A DNA stretch of 64,000 nucleotides from Eledone cirrhosa (GCA_964016885.1 OZ024745.1:67146001-67210000), one strand, 5' to 3'. Shown: positions 1 to 13,247, numbered from the stretch's first letter. A program made the numbers and translations. The notes: generated from the letters alone by a model not told the origin.

Positions 1-1
1 G

Positions 2-508
2 CCCGTCAGCATTCATCTCCTCAGTGGCCGTATCTCTGTTCCAGGTATTATTTATCTCAGTATTCAGATCATTGTCTGCTTCGGGTGGTTCCTCCGTTCT
101 CAGGACCTCCTCACCTTCATTTCCCGCCGGCTCGCTTGTCTGGCATACTACACCCGCCATCTCCAAGCCATTCTCTCTGCTCAGTTCCTCCAGTTCCAGC
201 TCGCTTATCCACCCATTAGTTCTTATTACCCGAGCCTGCCCGGCCAATTTTTGTTCATCTAATTTAAATAAACCAATCTCGTTCCAGATGTTATGCATCC
301 GTCTCCTGTAGCCCCTCTCCTTGGGGTTACTTTTCAGGTAGCATTGCATAACAGTTCTATTCAATTCTTTCGTCCAGTTGGTTCTGGCCCCTTTCCTTCT
401 TCTTCTTCCTCCAACATCAGCAGTATTTGGTTGACAGTCAGGTTCCTGCTGCTGAGCCAGGGGGCACCTGTTGGGTGAGAGTCTGTCACATGACGTTCTA
501 GTCTCCAT
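2..508 (-). CDS. N-terminus of R4/Dong-like retrotransposon protein (partial, open to the window edge, absent from the ORF track)
   Basis: Manual translation: METRTSCD...RTNWTKELNRTVMQCYLKSNPKERGYRRRMHNIWNEIGLFKLDEQKLAGQARVIRTNGWISELELEELSR. There is an in-frame TAA upstream and no stop before position 1. Confidence 0.75.
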   Translation of the reverse strand, partial: METRTSCDRLSPNRCPLAQQQEPDCQPNTADVGGRRRRKGARTNWTKELNRTVMQCYLKSNPKERGYRRRMHNIWNEIGLFKLDEQKLAGQARVIRTNGWISELELEELSRENGLEMAGVVCQTSEPAGNEGEEVLRTEEPPEADNDLNTEINNTWNRDTATEEMNADG

Positions 509-1081
509 TTCACCGTTATTCGAACTGTTTATGTTCGATATTTAAACACTCTTATCGAGGATTGGCGAATGTATGTTTACATAGCCATCTGTGGATCCGC
601 CATCCCACTTGGCCCTTGTGTGGCATTATCACCACGCTGTATACGGACACACATAAACAAACAAACACACGGGCAGAAAGGGCCCCAAAAATGAATAAGC
701 ATAAGTTTCATTGTAATGTAGTATTCGAATGTCTGACTTAGTTTTTGTTTTTTAAGTTTTACTTTTTCCCCCCTCTTCTCTGTCCGTCCGCCTGCTTCTC
801 TCTTCATTCTTATTTTCTTTACGTTTTTGGGGTGTCTTTTTTTGTTTTTGTTTTTCTCTGTTTGTTTTTCTCGTTTTTTGCTGTTGTTGCTGTGCTGCTT
901 TTGTTGTTTGTTTTTTCTTTTTTCTTTTGAGTCTATCTATATATTTTGATGCCTTCCTCTTTGTTAGTAGTAGGAATTCTATAATGTGGAAGTGGCAGCC
1001 AGCAGAGACTGGCGGCGTTGGCGATACTGAGACAGTGGTGGTGGTGATGTCGATACCGAGGCAGTGGTGGCGGTGATGCGA

Positions 1082-1740
1082 CCGTATTACTGTAGTGATG
1101 GTGCTGTAGCGGTGGCAGCAGCAGTGAAGGAGTCAAGGGGTGGTGGCGGCGGTGATGGGATAGTGGTGGTAATGATGGCTGTAGTGAGCGGTGGCGGTGA
1201 AGGTGAAAATGCTGTTGTGTTTAGTGTACACAGATGATGGGGTGGGTGGTGTATCTAGTTTCTGGTGTTGGTGAGTTTCGCTGTCCTATATAGTGTAGCC
1301 AGAGGAGAGGAGGGGGGGGGGGTTCTTCTTCTTCCATTTATAGCCATTTTATTTTTTTTTGGATATACAGTGTACAATACAAAGTTGAATATTTGAATAT
1401 TTGAGCCGTATTACTGTAGTGATGGTGCTGTAGCGGTGGCAGCAGCAGTGAAGGAGTCAAGGGGTGGTGGCGGCGGTGATGGGATAGTGGTGGTAATGAT
1501 GGCCGTAGTGAGCGGTGGCGGTGAAGGTGAAAATGCTGTTGTGTTTAGTGTACACAGATGGTGGGGTGGGTGGTGTATCTAGTTTCTGGTGTTGGTGAGT
1601 TTAGCTGTCCTATATAGTGTAGCCAGAGGAGAGGAGGGGGGGGGGGTTCTTCTTCTTCCATTTATAGCCATTTTTTTTTTTTTTTTTTTTTGGGGATATA
1701 CAGTGTACAATACAAAGTTGAATATTTGAATATTTGAGCC
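1082..1740. repeat. ~325-bp tandem duplication (1082-1405 / 1406-1740) in the putative 5' UTR
   Basis: Both units start ccgtattactgtagtgatgg and end atatttgagcc; near-identical. Confidence 0.92.
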
Positions 1741-1911
1741 TTATAACAATATATTTTGGGTCCGAATTTTTTTGGGGCTCAAGCCGGGTGCTTTACGTAG
1801 CATTTGTACTAAGAGTTGTTATTTCACAAATGATTTAAATATGTTAAAAATTCAAAACTTACGGGAGCGATTTCATGACCTCCGTCACCTCGTGCGTCTT
1901 CTTCCCTTCTT

Positions 1912-1914
1912 ATA

Positions 1915-1989
<75 letters not shown>

Positions 1990-1996
1990 GTTATTA
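1912..1996. repeat. (ATT/TAA)n microsatellite; related tracts at 3301-3376, 3831-3860 and 9150-9180
   Basis: Seen directly. Confidence 0.97.
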
Positions 1997-3302
1997 CTCT
2001 TTGAGTCTCAGTCATTGATGTTAGTTAACTGGAAAGTTTGTTGAAATGAATAGCAAGCCACTACCTGCAGCCTCAGATATTCAGGACGTATCGGAGGGTT
2101 CTTGCTGTTCCCAGCAAGCATGCCTTTTGAAGCGTTCCAAAAAGCGTGAAGGGGCCAATTTTCTTTAACCATCCCTGGAAACTTTTTGAGATAGTCCCTA
2201 GTGCGCCTATGACAACCGGGATCACTTTGACTTCATGGCAGTTCCAAATCCTTTTTACCTCCCACTTTAAGTCCTGGTATCGGTTAATTTTCTCCCTCTC
2301 CTTCTCTTGCACTCTCGTGTCGAATGGGCAGGCCACATCCACAATCAGGCACGATCTTTTTTCTTTGTCCAAAACCACCAGGTCAGGTCTATTGTGTTCC
2401 AGTTTTTTGTCCGTCTGTATCCTAAAATCCCACAGCACCTTCACCTGACTGTTCTCCATCACCGCCTCTGGCCTATGCTCATACCATTTCTCAGAATGTG
2501 GTAGATTGTTTACTTTGCACAGGTGCCAGTGGATCACCCTGCCCATCACATCGTGTCTCCAGCCCTTATAGTGGGTCTGGGCTAGGTGTTTACACTCGGA
2601 CACAATGTGAGCCACAGTCTCCTCTCTCTCTCCACAGATCCTGCACAGTGGGCTAGCCTCCTCCTTGTAGATATGGTGCTTCAACCACTTCGTTTTGAGG
2701 GCCTGCTCCTGCGCAGCCATTAGCATTCCTTCTTTAGCCTTTTTGAGGTCTCCTCTTCTCAACTAGTTCCATGTCTGTGGATCTCTAAATTCAGTTTTCT
2801 CAAAGAAGGTACTATGAAGGGATTTTCCCTTAAGGCTGCTCTTCCTCCTTGATGTTATTTCCTCCTTGGATATCCCCTGGCCTACTGTCCCCTCCTTCAG
2901 TACAGCTCTGAGCATTGGCTCCTTACTATAGGTCACGTATTTGTATAGGTTGTTTTTCTCCATCTGAACACAGTCCTCTATGCTGATAAGACCTCTTCCA
3001 CCCTCAGATCTCCTTAAGTAGAGTCTATCGACATCACTCCTCTTGTGGAACATGTTGTAGATAGTCAATAGCTTCCTAGTCTTCCTATCCATTTCTTTTT
3101 GTTCAACAACATTCCATCTCAGAATTGCCGCACTGTACCTAATAATAGACACAGCTCGGGAATTTACTGCGCTTATGGCATTTCTGCTGTTCAGATGTGA
3201 CTTCAATACGCTCCTTACTCTCCGAATGTATTCAGTTCTTAACAATTCCTTCATTTTTTTGTTCTTGATGTCATCAGCCTCCAGAACGCCCAAATACTTG
3301 TA
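1997..3302 (-). mobile_element. 5'-truncated R4/Dong-like element (RT C-terminus, CCHC knuckle, restriction-like endonuclease) with one in-frame stop at 2763-2765
   Basis: ORFs 2763-3293 and 2073-2762 are in the same frame. Motifs: YKYLG, GGRGL, CRICGEREETVAHIVSEC, RHD, RPDLVV..D..CP. (TAA)n on both sides. Confidence 0.9.
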
Positions 3303-3339
3303 TTATTATTATTATTATTATTATTACTATTATTATTAC

Positions 3340-3375
<36 letters not shown>

Positions 3376-3377
<2 letters not shown>

Positions 3378-3830
3378 TTTGAGTCTCAGTCATTGATGTT
3401 AGTTAACTGGAAAGTTTGTTGAAATGAATATCAAGCCACTACCTGCAGCCTCAGATATTCAGGACGTATCGGGGGGTTCTTGCTGTTCCCAGCAAGCATG
3501 CCTTTTGAAGCATTCCAAAAAGCGTGAAGGGGCCAATTTTCTTTAACCATCCCTGGAAACTTTTTGAGATAGTCCCTAGTGCGCCTATGACAATCGGGAT
3601 CACTTTGACTTCGTGGCAGTTCCAAATCCTTTTTACCTCCCACTTTAAGTCCTGGTATCGGTTAATTTTCTCCCTCTCCTTCTCTTGCACTCTCGTGTTG
3701 AATGGGCAGGCCACATTCACAATCAGGCACGATCTTTTTTCTTTGTCCACAACCACCAGGTCAGGTCTATTGTGTTCCAGTTTCTTGTTCGTCTGTATCC
3801 TAAAATCCCACAGCACCTTCACCTGATCGT
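3376..3830 (-). mobile_element. Short 5'-truncated copy of the same R4/Dong-like family
   Basis: Near-identical to 1997-2448, same 3' end, (TAA)n on both sides. Confidence 0.9.
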
Positions 3831-4063
3831 TTATTATTATTATTATTATTATTATTATTGTTGTTGTTGAAGCCACGCTTCTTATCGCCTCCAGTCTTTT
3901 TCAACGTTTTACCTCTTTTTCAACCGTTCTAAACCTTTTATTCAAGTTTTAAATTTGATAAAAGTTTAGAAGAAGTGACCCACCTAATACAGGGGTTCAC
4001 TAGTAAATAATACGGCACCCCTTTACGGGGTGTCGTATTCGTATTTGTGTAAAAATATTTTTT

Positions 4064-6075
4064 TTGAAAAATTTCAACATGGATAACACAAAAAAGAGAG
4101 AGAGTGCTGTCAGACAACACAGAGAGAGGGAGACTTTATCAGCATATCAACAAGACAGCGTTCCAGCGGAGGTAAATATAAACAAAAATATTACAAAGGA
4201 AAAAAAGATTGTTACAGATTTAAAATTACCAAATATTTCTAACACAAACAACACCAACAATAACACCAACAACATCACCAACAACAACACCAAACATAAC
4301 AGCGGTAAAGTCGAGAACGACAATAACAAAAATAACAGCGGTAAGGTCGAGAACGACAATAACAATGACAATAACAACAGCCACAACAACAATAATAGTA
4401 GGAACAGTATCAACAAAAACAACAATAATAACAGCAGCAACAGTATCAACGAAAACAACACCAACAACTGTACCAGCGAAAAGAACAACAATGACACCGA
4501 TACCTGTAATAGCGACCTCAGCACCACCAGTAAGACCAGTAGCGGCAGCAATAGTGGTGCTGCTGAAAAAGGAACCACTTCTTTTGCAGGTGTCGCCCGA
4601 AATATCGAGACAGTGTTAGTCACAGAGGAAGAGATGGCAGTCGCAAGGGCCATGGTGACAAGGAGCGCAAATAGAGTTTCCCTGAAACCTCCACCCGATT
4701 TTTTCAAGGACCAGCAGCTACGGACGGTGTATTACCGCACCGTAAGCAAAATCTCATATCGAGTGGAGAGAGCCACGTAGGCTCAAATCCAAAAGGCCTT
4801 GGGATGCGTCTGGGCACGCAAAACCCACATCACCCGAGGCAGAAAGTACGCCACAGTAGACGTACTTTTCGCCACCCCCCAGGAAGCAAAGTCTCACTCT
4901 TTGGAAACCCTAAAGAGTGAGGAGTTAGTCTTGGTGCCCTCCTACTGCGGGCAGAAAATTGTGAGGGTCAAAGTGACCCAGGTCCCACCCGACGTGCCCA
5001 TACCTTGGCTGGCCGCGTCTGTCCTTGCTGGAATTGAAAACAGGGCGACCATGCTGCAAGTAGAAAAAATAGGGAGAGAGAACTGGTCAGGTATAGGCAT
5101 GCAAATGCTTATACAAACTGACCAGGAATGTATCGAGGCTATCCCCGATATCATAGACTTCGAGGAAGGACTCCAACTCCCTATAAGTGTAGAAGGAAGA
5201 CGGCCAAAATGTTATCTCTGTGAGTCGAAAGGTCACCTCAGGGCCTTTTGCCCGCAGAAGTCACCGAAGAGGGCCCCTCTCCTTCCAATACCTGGTCCGC
5301 TGCTACCAAGAGCAGGACAGGGAACAAACGAAGAAGCCCCTTCCACGGTGAGTAGGAGGGCAACGTCCGTAGCACCCGTACCAAGGCCACGGATAACTAA
5401 AGCAGCATCAGCAGTAGCGGCAAAACCAATAGCTACATTTGAAATAGCTACACCAGCAACAAAATTGCCGAAGAGGGCTCCACTACCACCACCTACAGCC
5501 GTGGAGCACATACCCCCCCCCCCCCCCCAGACCCCACAGAATCCGACATGGAGTTTGAGGCGGGAGTGACGTGGCAAACAGTCTGCCACAAAAAACAAAA
5601 AACAAAAGAACCCTTAGATTCACCCTCCAAAAGCGAAGGCATACAAAGAGGGGTAAAGGCAGCAAGGAAACTTGCAGCAACACCACCACAAACACCAACA
5701 ACGAAAACACAACGAGACACACACACCAATCAGTAACAAGAAGAAAACGGCAACAAAATCACCCCACCCCCCAAAAAGTACACAGCCATAAACATAGCAA
5801 AAAAAGAACTCATAAAATATATAAAGCAGCACACAGACATCACGGAAAAAAACTACTACACCCCACCAACACCAAGAACTCTCCCGACAAACATAAGCAT
5901 CATCGAAATCTCAATAGAACAGTATAAACCTTTAAAACAAAAATTCCCCAACGCAGTTGGAGACTTCAGAGGGACGGTTACCAAGAGGATATACACTGAC
6001 ATCCTCTTGGAAACACCCATGACCAGAGAAAGGGACGGTTCTACTGTCCCTTCACCACACGAACAAGGTAAGTGA
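4064..6075 (+). pseudogene. Tx1-like ORF1 (Asn-rich N-terminus, CCHC knuckle), disrupted
   Basis: VEGRRPKCYLCESKGHLRAFCP; stop at 4780 and a frameshift near the poly-C at ~5520. Confidence 0.8.
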
Positions 6076-6107
6076 CCCTTTCTCATTTGCCCCGTTTCTC
6101 ATCCAAC

Positions 6108-8880
6108 ATGGCTGTACTCAGAATAGGCAGTATAAATGCACGTGGCCTGGGGTCATCTTGGAAGCAGGGTCACCTGCTCAATGACCTCAGGTCACTAAAC
6201 ATAGATGTGGTGGCCATCAGTGAAACTAGAATCTCCGAGGCACGGGTCTTCGAACCGATCTTCGGCGGGCGGCTACGATGTATACGCATCACCCAGCCGT
6301 CCAGCATCGGGGGAGGGGTTGCCGTCCTTTTTCGGAAAGGCTTGGATCTCGCGATACGGGCCATCTTCCTGGACCCAGAAGGTAAGTCGGTGGTGCTGGA
6401 CGTGACCGGCAGCAAAGGCAATGCTGTTAGGCTAGTAGCCGTCTACGCCCCAACAGGGGCATGACGGCCAGATTTCTTCAGACGTCTAGAGACCTTTCTT
6501 GGAACGTCCCGCTCTTTAGTGTTAGTGGGCGACTGGAACGGTATCTTGGATGCACGCTGGGATCGTGTGGGGCTAGTGGATAGGGGAGGGGGGGGGTGCA
6601 AGAGCCTCACCAACCTGCTCAGACGTTTTGAACTGTCTGACAGGTATCGACTGGATCACCCGAATGTGCCAATGTGGACATGGACAAACCGCATCGGGTC
6701 ATCCATATCGTATCTAGATAGGGTATTCTGCAGGGAACTAGATAAGGCTAGTATAAGTTGTCCACAATTTAAAATAGTCGACTACACAGACCACAAATTT
6801 GTGATCTGTGAGATCGACATAGACAGACTTCATAGACAAGGGCCTGGTTACTGGAAGCTGAACGCGTCTTTCCAGGCGCGTTCAGCTTCCAGTAACCGGA
6901 TTAGCCTATTAGTTAAGCGGGCGTTGACGGGAGCGGACGTCAACAACAGGTGGTGGTTCGCCCTGAAAAGGGCAATTAAAGTAGAGTCGATTAGATTTAG
7001 CAAAGGAGTAGTGATAGAGGAAAATAGAGTAGAGGGAGAGCTAGTCAGAAAGCTAGAAGAAGCGTTTAGGACAGGCATCGCAACCTACGTGCTTGTGCGA
7101 GATTGGCACTCGACCAATTCTTCAACTCGACCAATGCGTTGTCAGAGCTAGAGCGCGTGCTCTGAAACACGAGGGGACAAAAGCCGTCCAATGGGCCTGG
7201 GTGGCAGAGGCGCGATAGAGTCGACCATTGGTACCTGGCGGCGGTCGTCGAGGCAGCCGGTTTCCGGCCCGTTTTCAGGCGTTGGATCGCAGCAATGTAC
7301 AGCGACATCTGCTCAGTTGTGAGGGTGAACGGTCACCTGTCGCAGCCGTTCAGCATCATGCGCTCAGTCCGCCAGGGTTGTCCCCTCTCGTCCCTCTTGT
7401 ATGTATTGGCTCTCGAGCCGTTACTGCACAAACTGGGGGCGATGAGGGGCGTCCCACGCGAACTAGGATGCGGGAGATTCGAGTCGGCTTACGCTGACTA
7501 CGTCACCGTGGTGGTGTCGAGCACCAGACACGTCCAGATTCTCGGCACCGCTCTCAAGGAATACGAAGCGGTGACAGGAGTAAAGATAAACCAGGAAAAG
7601 TCGGTGGGCTTGCATCTACGCACCTGGAGAAGGGCAAGTCCATGCCGTCCGACAGCGTCGTGGGTCGTTGGACGGACGGACCGGTTAAATTACTCGGGGT
7701 CTGGTTCGGACCGGACCTCCAGATGGAGAAAAACTGGAACGAGGTGACGAGCAGGGTGGCCTCCCACACCCAGAAATGGGCTGAGAGGAAGCTGTCCATG
7801 AAAGGCCGGGCGGAAGTGGCGAATGCGTACATTGCATCCGTCATCTGCTACCGCCTCACCGTCGTCCCTTGCTCCAGCCCAACTCTCACCAAAATGGAGC
7901 GCCTCCTCTTCCGCTTTTTGTGGAAGGGACGCGCTCCCTTGGTCAGACGATCTATCTGCTGTCAACACCCGTTGCATGGAGGACTGGGCATGCCATGGCT
8001 GATGATGCGCAAACTTGTGCTGAGGCTGCGACATCTCTGGTGCTTCCGTGACGGTGAACAGGTGTGGTCGCCGTTCGCCAGGCACGTTTTCCCACAGATC
8101 GTCTCCTTGACGGAGCTGCAGTCCTGGGTCAGAAAAAGACCGCGGGATAGCGCTTGGAAACTGGAATGTCTCCAGGCGCTCACTGCCCTCTCCTAGTTGG
8201 GCACCAGTATCGGTGGAACATCCACCTCGGCGTTCTATAGAGGACTAGTGGAGGGGAAGAGCGACGACATTCTCGGAGAGATCCTGGGCGTCGAAGAAGA
8301 TCAGCTGTTTGCTCTCTTCCGGAGAACTTTCAGCCCGGGGCCTATGGATAACTTCCAAAAATCCCTGGCCTGGCAGTGCTACCGGGAAGCGCTGCCGGTT
8401 CGAGTAAGCTCTACAGGCACGGAAGTGCCGTCAGCCGAGCCTGTCCGAGATGCGCGCATAGCGACGAAACCGTTGTGTACGCACTCGTTCAGTGCCCGAG
8501 CATTGCTGACTTGTGGAGCTATGTCGAACAGTTGCTGTCGCGTGTGGGACTGATCCGGTTGTCGACTGAGTCCATTGTGCAGATGGTCTCGCCGTCTTCC
8601 TTCGAGGAGGAAGGGCAGGCGGTTTTCATATGCCTGGTGGCCATGGCGAAAGAGATTGTGTGATGGACAAGGTTAAAAGGATTAAAGACAAACACTTTCC
8701 TCTTCGGCGAATCCTTAATTAACTTTTTCAAGTTTCACTTGAAGGGGAAAATCAGGGTGGAGAGGCAAGTGCTGCTTTCTAGCAAGTTTGTTGAAAGGTG
8801 GGTGAATGTAGCGAGAATGGTCCGAGTGAACGGGACCACTCTGAATATACGTCTGTCGTTTGAGAGATGGAAAAATTGAG
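6108..8880 (+). pseudogene. Tx1-like ORF2 (APE endonuclease, RT, C-terminal CCHC) with multiple lesions and a ~0.7-kb deletion near 7215
   Basis: SINARGL, GDWNG, YLDR, TDHK, GYWKLN, RQGCPLS, AYADY, GGLG, CPRC..ETVVYALVQC. Confidence 0.88.
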
Positions 8881-9147
8881 AGAGGGCGCTTTCCCTGGTA
8901 GTCAGGGTGGCCGTGGTATTTTGTGTGGTTTTCGCCACGAGTAACCCTCGGAGGTTTCCCCCCTATTGGGGAATTTTTCATTGTTTCAATTTTCATTTTA
9001 TTGTTTATATATATATATGTTTTATGTGTTTTTTTTCTTTTCTTATATAAATAATAAAAATATTTACACGCACAAAACCCACATCGTACCGTCCTGTTCC
9101 GTCTGTGATGTTTTTCTTGATGTCAGCCCTTGAGGCCAATAAAGAAA

Positions 9148-9181
<34 letters not shown>

Positions 9182-9340
9182 AAGCAAAGTCAACCTCAGC
9201 GGGATCTGAGTTCAAATCCCGCCGAGGTTGACTTTGTCTTTCATCCTTACGGGGTCGATAAAATAAAGTACCAGTAATGCACTGGGTAATTGCTGGCCTT
9301 GTGCCTAAAGTAGAAACAATTATTATTATTATTGTTATTA
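9182..9340 (+). mobile_element. tRNA-derived SINE, 5'-truncated, with a short inverted 5' piece and ATT tail
   Basis: gagttcaaatcccgccgaggttgactttg core; 9182-9204 is its reverse complement. Confidence 0.75.
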
Positions 9341-9354
9341 TTATTTTTCTACTC

Positions 9355-9660
9355 CTCTTCCTCCTCCCTCTCCTTCTTCTTTTTCTTCTTCTTCGCCCGC
9401 TTATTACTGAAAGGGTCATTGTGCTCCTTCCAGAAGCAACCATCTTCAACTGATCCGGTTGGATCCCCAATTGAGACCAGCTAAGCTTATGTATGTTATC
9501 CAACCATCTTGATCATGGTCTACCCCTGCGTCTCCTGCCGATTGGTTTTGCCTGATTCTTTCCTGGGACATTCTAACCACATGCCCATAATATTGGAGCT
9601 GTGATCTCTCAATTCGGAGAAGTAGCAGTTCTACTTGGAGTGACTCTCCTAGGTGAGGAT
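9355..9660 (-). mobile_element. RTE-clade LINE 3' fragment with GAA-rich tail
   Basis: Reverse-complement similarity to 25750-26087 and 58000-58275. Confidence 0.6.
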
Positions 9661-9904
9661 TGTCATGAATATTGAATTGATTGTCATGAGATAGCGAGTT
9701 TAGCTTTTACACGTACCTCACTTTTTCTGATTACCGAATGCTGAAGCTGCCACATTACTACACCAGTTCCTACAATTCTTACAGGATTATCGCCAACATT
9801 ATAAATAAATTGTTCCGTTTTATTTAATGTATTTGAGCCAAATACAATGGGAAATGTATTCTCTTCTTTTATTAATAGGTAAATTTCAATAACACATTCT
9901 ATTA

Positions 9905-10087
9905 ATAATTGTTTCTACTTTTGGCACAAGACCAGCAATTACCCAGTACATTACTGGTACTTTATTTTATCGACCCCGTAAGGATGAAAGGCAAAGTTAA
10001 CCTCGGCGGGATTTGAACTCAGTCCGCAAAGGGACGTAACTGTGCTGCAAAGCATGGCACCCGACCCTCTACCGATATTGCCAATCC
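9905..10087 (-). mobile_element. tRNA-derived SINE
   Basis: Reverse complement of the family at 28186 and 46372. Confidence 0.85.
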
Positions 10088-10430
10088 TTAGCTAAACAAT
10101 GCTTGCTAAACAATGGCTCTTTTGAAATTCTTTGTGAAATTCAGAGAGTATGAAGTTAAATTTTCGAACGATTTTCATTCTAACTTTGAAATATTTCAAA
10201 CAATCGATGCCAAAAATATTGATTTTGTTTTAATTTTTATTTTCGTTTTTTTTTTTTTGTTTTAAATGTTTTAGTCAAAAAGGGAATGGCAGCGTCTATG
10301 ATCATTTTCAGGAATTCGGAGATAGGGATAATAACGGGATGGACTTTATATCGGACGAGAGAATGGCCCAAATGCTTGCGATGGAATGAATACCCTTAAA
10401 GGCATATCTGTTGTATTATTTCGATACGTT

Positions 10431-10654
10431 AGGACGGTGGATTGGCAGTATTGGTAGAGCGTCGGACAACATGTTTTGCAGCATAGAGTTTATGGTCCTT
10501 TACGTTCTGATTTTAAATCTCATCTGGTTTAATTTTGCTTTTCACCCTTACGGGGTCGAAAAAGTAAGGTACCATTAATACACTGGGAGCGATTTAATCA
10601 ACTTTTCCCCACCCTAAAAATTGTTGGTCATGCATCTAAATCAGAAACCATTAT
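10431..10654 (+). mobile_element. tRNA-derived SINE (diverged)
   Basis: ggtggattggcagtattggtagag head; ggggtcga core. Confidence 0.8.
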
Positions 10655-11359
10655 TTCGATACGTCAAAATTAGTTATAAATAATTATGATAATTAATAAA
10701 AATTATATAATAGAAGAAGCGATCTTTAATTCTGGAAACTGTTATATTTCCCTTCAGTATACATGGCAGATATAAAACAGATTTCATTGTAACTGAAAGG
10801 TATTGCTACCGGATTTGAGATAGTTTAAAGAACTTACTCGAAGTCTTTAAATGCTGTCACATATTACAGCTCTCCTTTAATGACATTTTAGTGTGTTCGT
10901 CAAAAACAAAAACTAAATTATTTTTGATGTATTTCCGTTTATATAAATTAATAATATATTAAGTTATAAATAGTAATAGACATTTGAGATATTAACAAAA
11001 ACCCACTAATGGAAATGAAAATGTTGTTTAAAATTAAGTTACATAAAAATTCATTCAAAAGTCGATATAAATTGTTTTAATAGTTGCAGTATTGATAACA
11101 ATAATTCTTTACGAAATAAATTATAATAACTAAATACAAATATATATTGAATGATAATTAGTCATAAACAGTTTTGAAAAGTGGCAAACATGTTTTGCAA
11201 CGAGTATTAATTATTACAATAAGTAAGTACAACCGAATCGATATATAATTGAAAAACATGCGCGAGGTGTCTTTTCTATTGAAACTTTGTTGTAATATGC
11301 ACGACTCCACATATTTAATTTCAGTTAATAATAATAAACTCTATTCCAAATTTGACAGA

Positions 11360-11426
11360 GGGTCATTGAGGGACAGAGACCGCTGGAGAGAACACGTCCA
11401 TGGATCTCGGGAATTTTTCCCGCCTT

Positions 11427-11432
<6 letters not shown>
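11360..11432 (+). mobile_element. 3' tip of the RTE family seen at 12316-12778
   Basis: gagggacagagaccgctggagag..ccatggatctcgggaatttt matches the reverse complement of 12325-12385. Confidence 0.7.
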
Positions 11433-11498
<66 letters not shown>

Positions 11499-11499
<1 letters not shown>

Positions 11500-11731
11500 G
11501 GAAAAGAGTCAGGACGCCAACGGCTGAGTTCCAGCCGTTTCGAGAGCTAGATCCGAACTAAACCAGTAATATATGAATACTACTGGTTTAGTTCAGATCT
11601 AGATGTCGAAACGGCTGGAGCTCAGCCGTCGGGGTCCTGACTCTTTTCCTATTACCCACTCTACTACCCTTAAAAATTGAGTACTCTGGTGCGTTATGGT
11701 CCACCTGGTTCCTTACCAGACTTTCTTTGTT
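11499..11731 (+). mobile_element. Hairpin+tail element, family A, in (TA)n
   Basis: Arms ~11499-11568 / 11582-11650 plus ~80-nt tail; GAAACGGCTGGAGCTCAGCCGTC half-hammerhead. Confidence 0.8.
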
Positions 11732-11752
11732 ATGTATATATATATATATATA

Positions 11753-11966
<214 letters not shown>

Positions 11967-12315
11967 AGTGTATTTCTGTCCTTCTGTCTGTCTCTCCATG
12001 TGCATGTGTGTGTTTGTCTCAGATGCGTATTATTAACTTGGTATAATTTCTTCGAAGCATTCACGAAGCTACCCGCTTACAAAAGAGGTGGCTTAGGCGA
12101 AACTTCAATGTAAACTGTCAATATTAATAACAAATATATTTCTCACTCTATATAATAACATATGAATATCCTACAATAAAGGCATCTTTAAAGTGGTTAT
12201 TCTCCAAACACATACAACCAATTTTTATGCAGACATCCTCACACATGCGCTCACAGGCACACACATACATTTATATCTCTATTTTTTGTGGGCATGCCTA
12301 CGCATCGTATATATC

Positions 12316-12778
12316 TATCTATCTAGGGCGGGTAAAATTCCCGAGATCCATGGACGAGATCTCTCCAGCGGTTTCTGTCCCTCATTATCGCTGCCATGTC
12401 CTGCGTCTCCAACAGACCAGTGTCTGTCCTTAATGCATCAACATACGTTAACCTTGGTCTTCCTCTTCCAGTGTGTCCATGTAGGGGCTCCCAAAGGAGT
12501 ACTGGGTGCAATGTCAACTCTGGATGTCGGTGAGCATGTCCAGCTAACCTCAGTCTCCTCTGTGTCACTTTTGAGCTGACTTTTGGGAGGCTCCCATACA
12601 GCTCTGAGTTTTTCATCCCCAGTGTATACTGATTAATGTTCAGAGCTATCCTCAGCATTCTCGTGTAGGACCCATCCACCATCTGAGTGAGTTTCTTGGT
12701 CATTGTCCAAGTTTCAGACTCGTAAACCAACACAGACTCCACTACAGCAACGAAGAGGCGGATTTTCAGGTCTATATT
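12316..12778 (-). mobile_element. 5'-truncated RTE-like LINE (RT C-terminus)
   Basis: KIRLF..VESVLVYESETWT..RMLR..RRLRLAGH..GRGRPRLTY..W. Confidence 0.85.
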
Positions 12779-12808
12779 TGTATGTATATATATACGTATG
12801 TATGTATG

Positions 12809-12873
<65 letters not shown>

Positions 12874-13190
12874 TTCTGTCTGTCTGCATGTATCTATGCA
12901 TGTATGTACATATGTACGTATTACTATAAAACAAACTAAATTCCCGAACTGTTAGTCCATGATCAGAAAATTGTTTTTGTTTTATTCTGCTTTGAACTTG
13001 ACTAATTACATTCAATTAACGCTATACATTTTTCTTCTCACTTACTCATTAACAAGTGATATATATAGTTATATATGTATATTCATATATTTATATATAT
13101 ATTTATATATCTCTCTATATATATATATTTATTTATTTATAATATATATGTGTGTGTGAGTGTGTTTGTGTGTGTATATATATATATATA

Positions 13191-13247
<57 letters not shown>

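Larger units (their letters stand above)
1..1911 (-). mobile_element. R4/Dong-like RLE non-LTR retrotransposon, 5' part (5' UTR plus ORF start), running off the left edge
   Basis: Starts right after the (TAA)n tract at 1912-1996. A minus-strand ORF from 508 encodes an N-terminus I recognise as R4/Dong-like. The extent of the 5' UTR is inferred. Confidence 0.65.
3869..9149 (+). mobile_element. Near full-length degenerate Tx1-like (L1 clade) retrotransposon inserted in (ATT)n
   Basis: ORF1 with a zinc knuckle, ORF2 with APE endonuclease and RT, AATAAA at 9138 followed by an (ATT)n tail, and (ATT)n at the 5' flank. Confidence 0.88.

Noticed and set aside
550-580. GGCGAAT motif resembling an HDV-like ribozyme near the Dong ORF start
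   Set aside because: Antisense to the element, and I could not build the nested pseudoknot by eye
4147-4707. Leu-rich membrane-like ORF and other antisense ORFs over transposons
   Set aside because: Shadows of Asn-rich or GC-rich retrotransposon ORFs on the opposite strand
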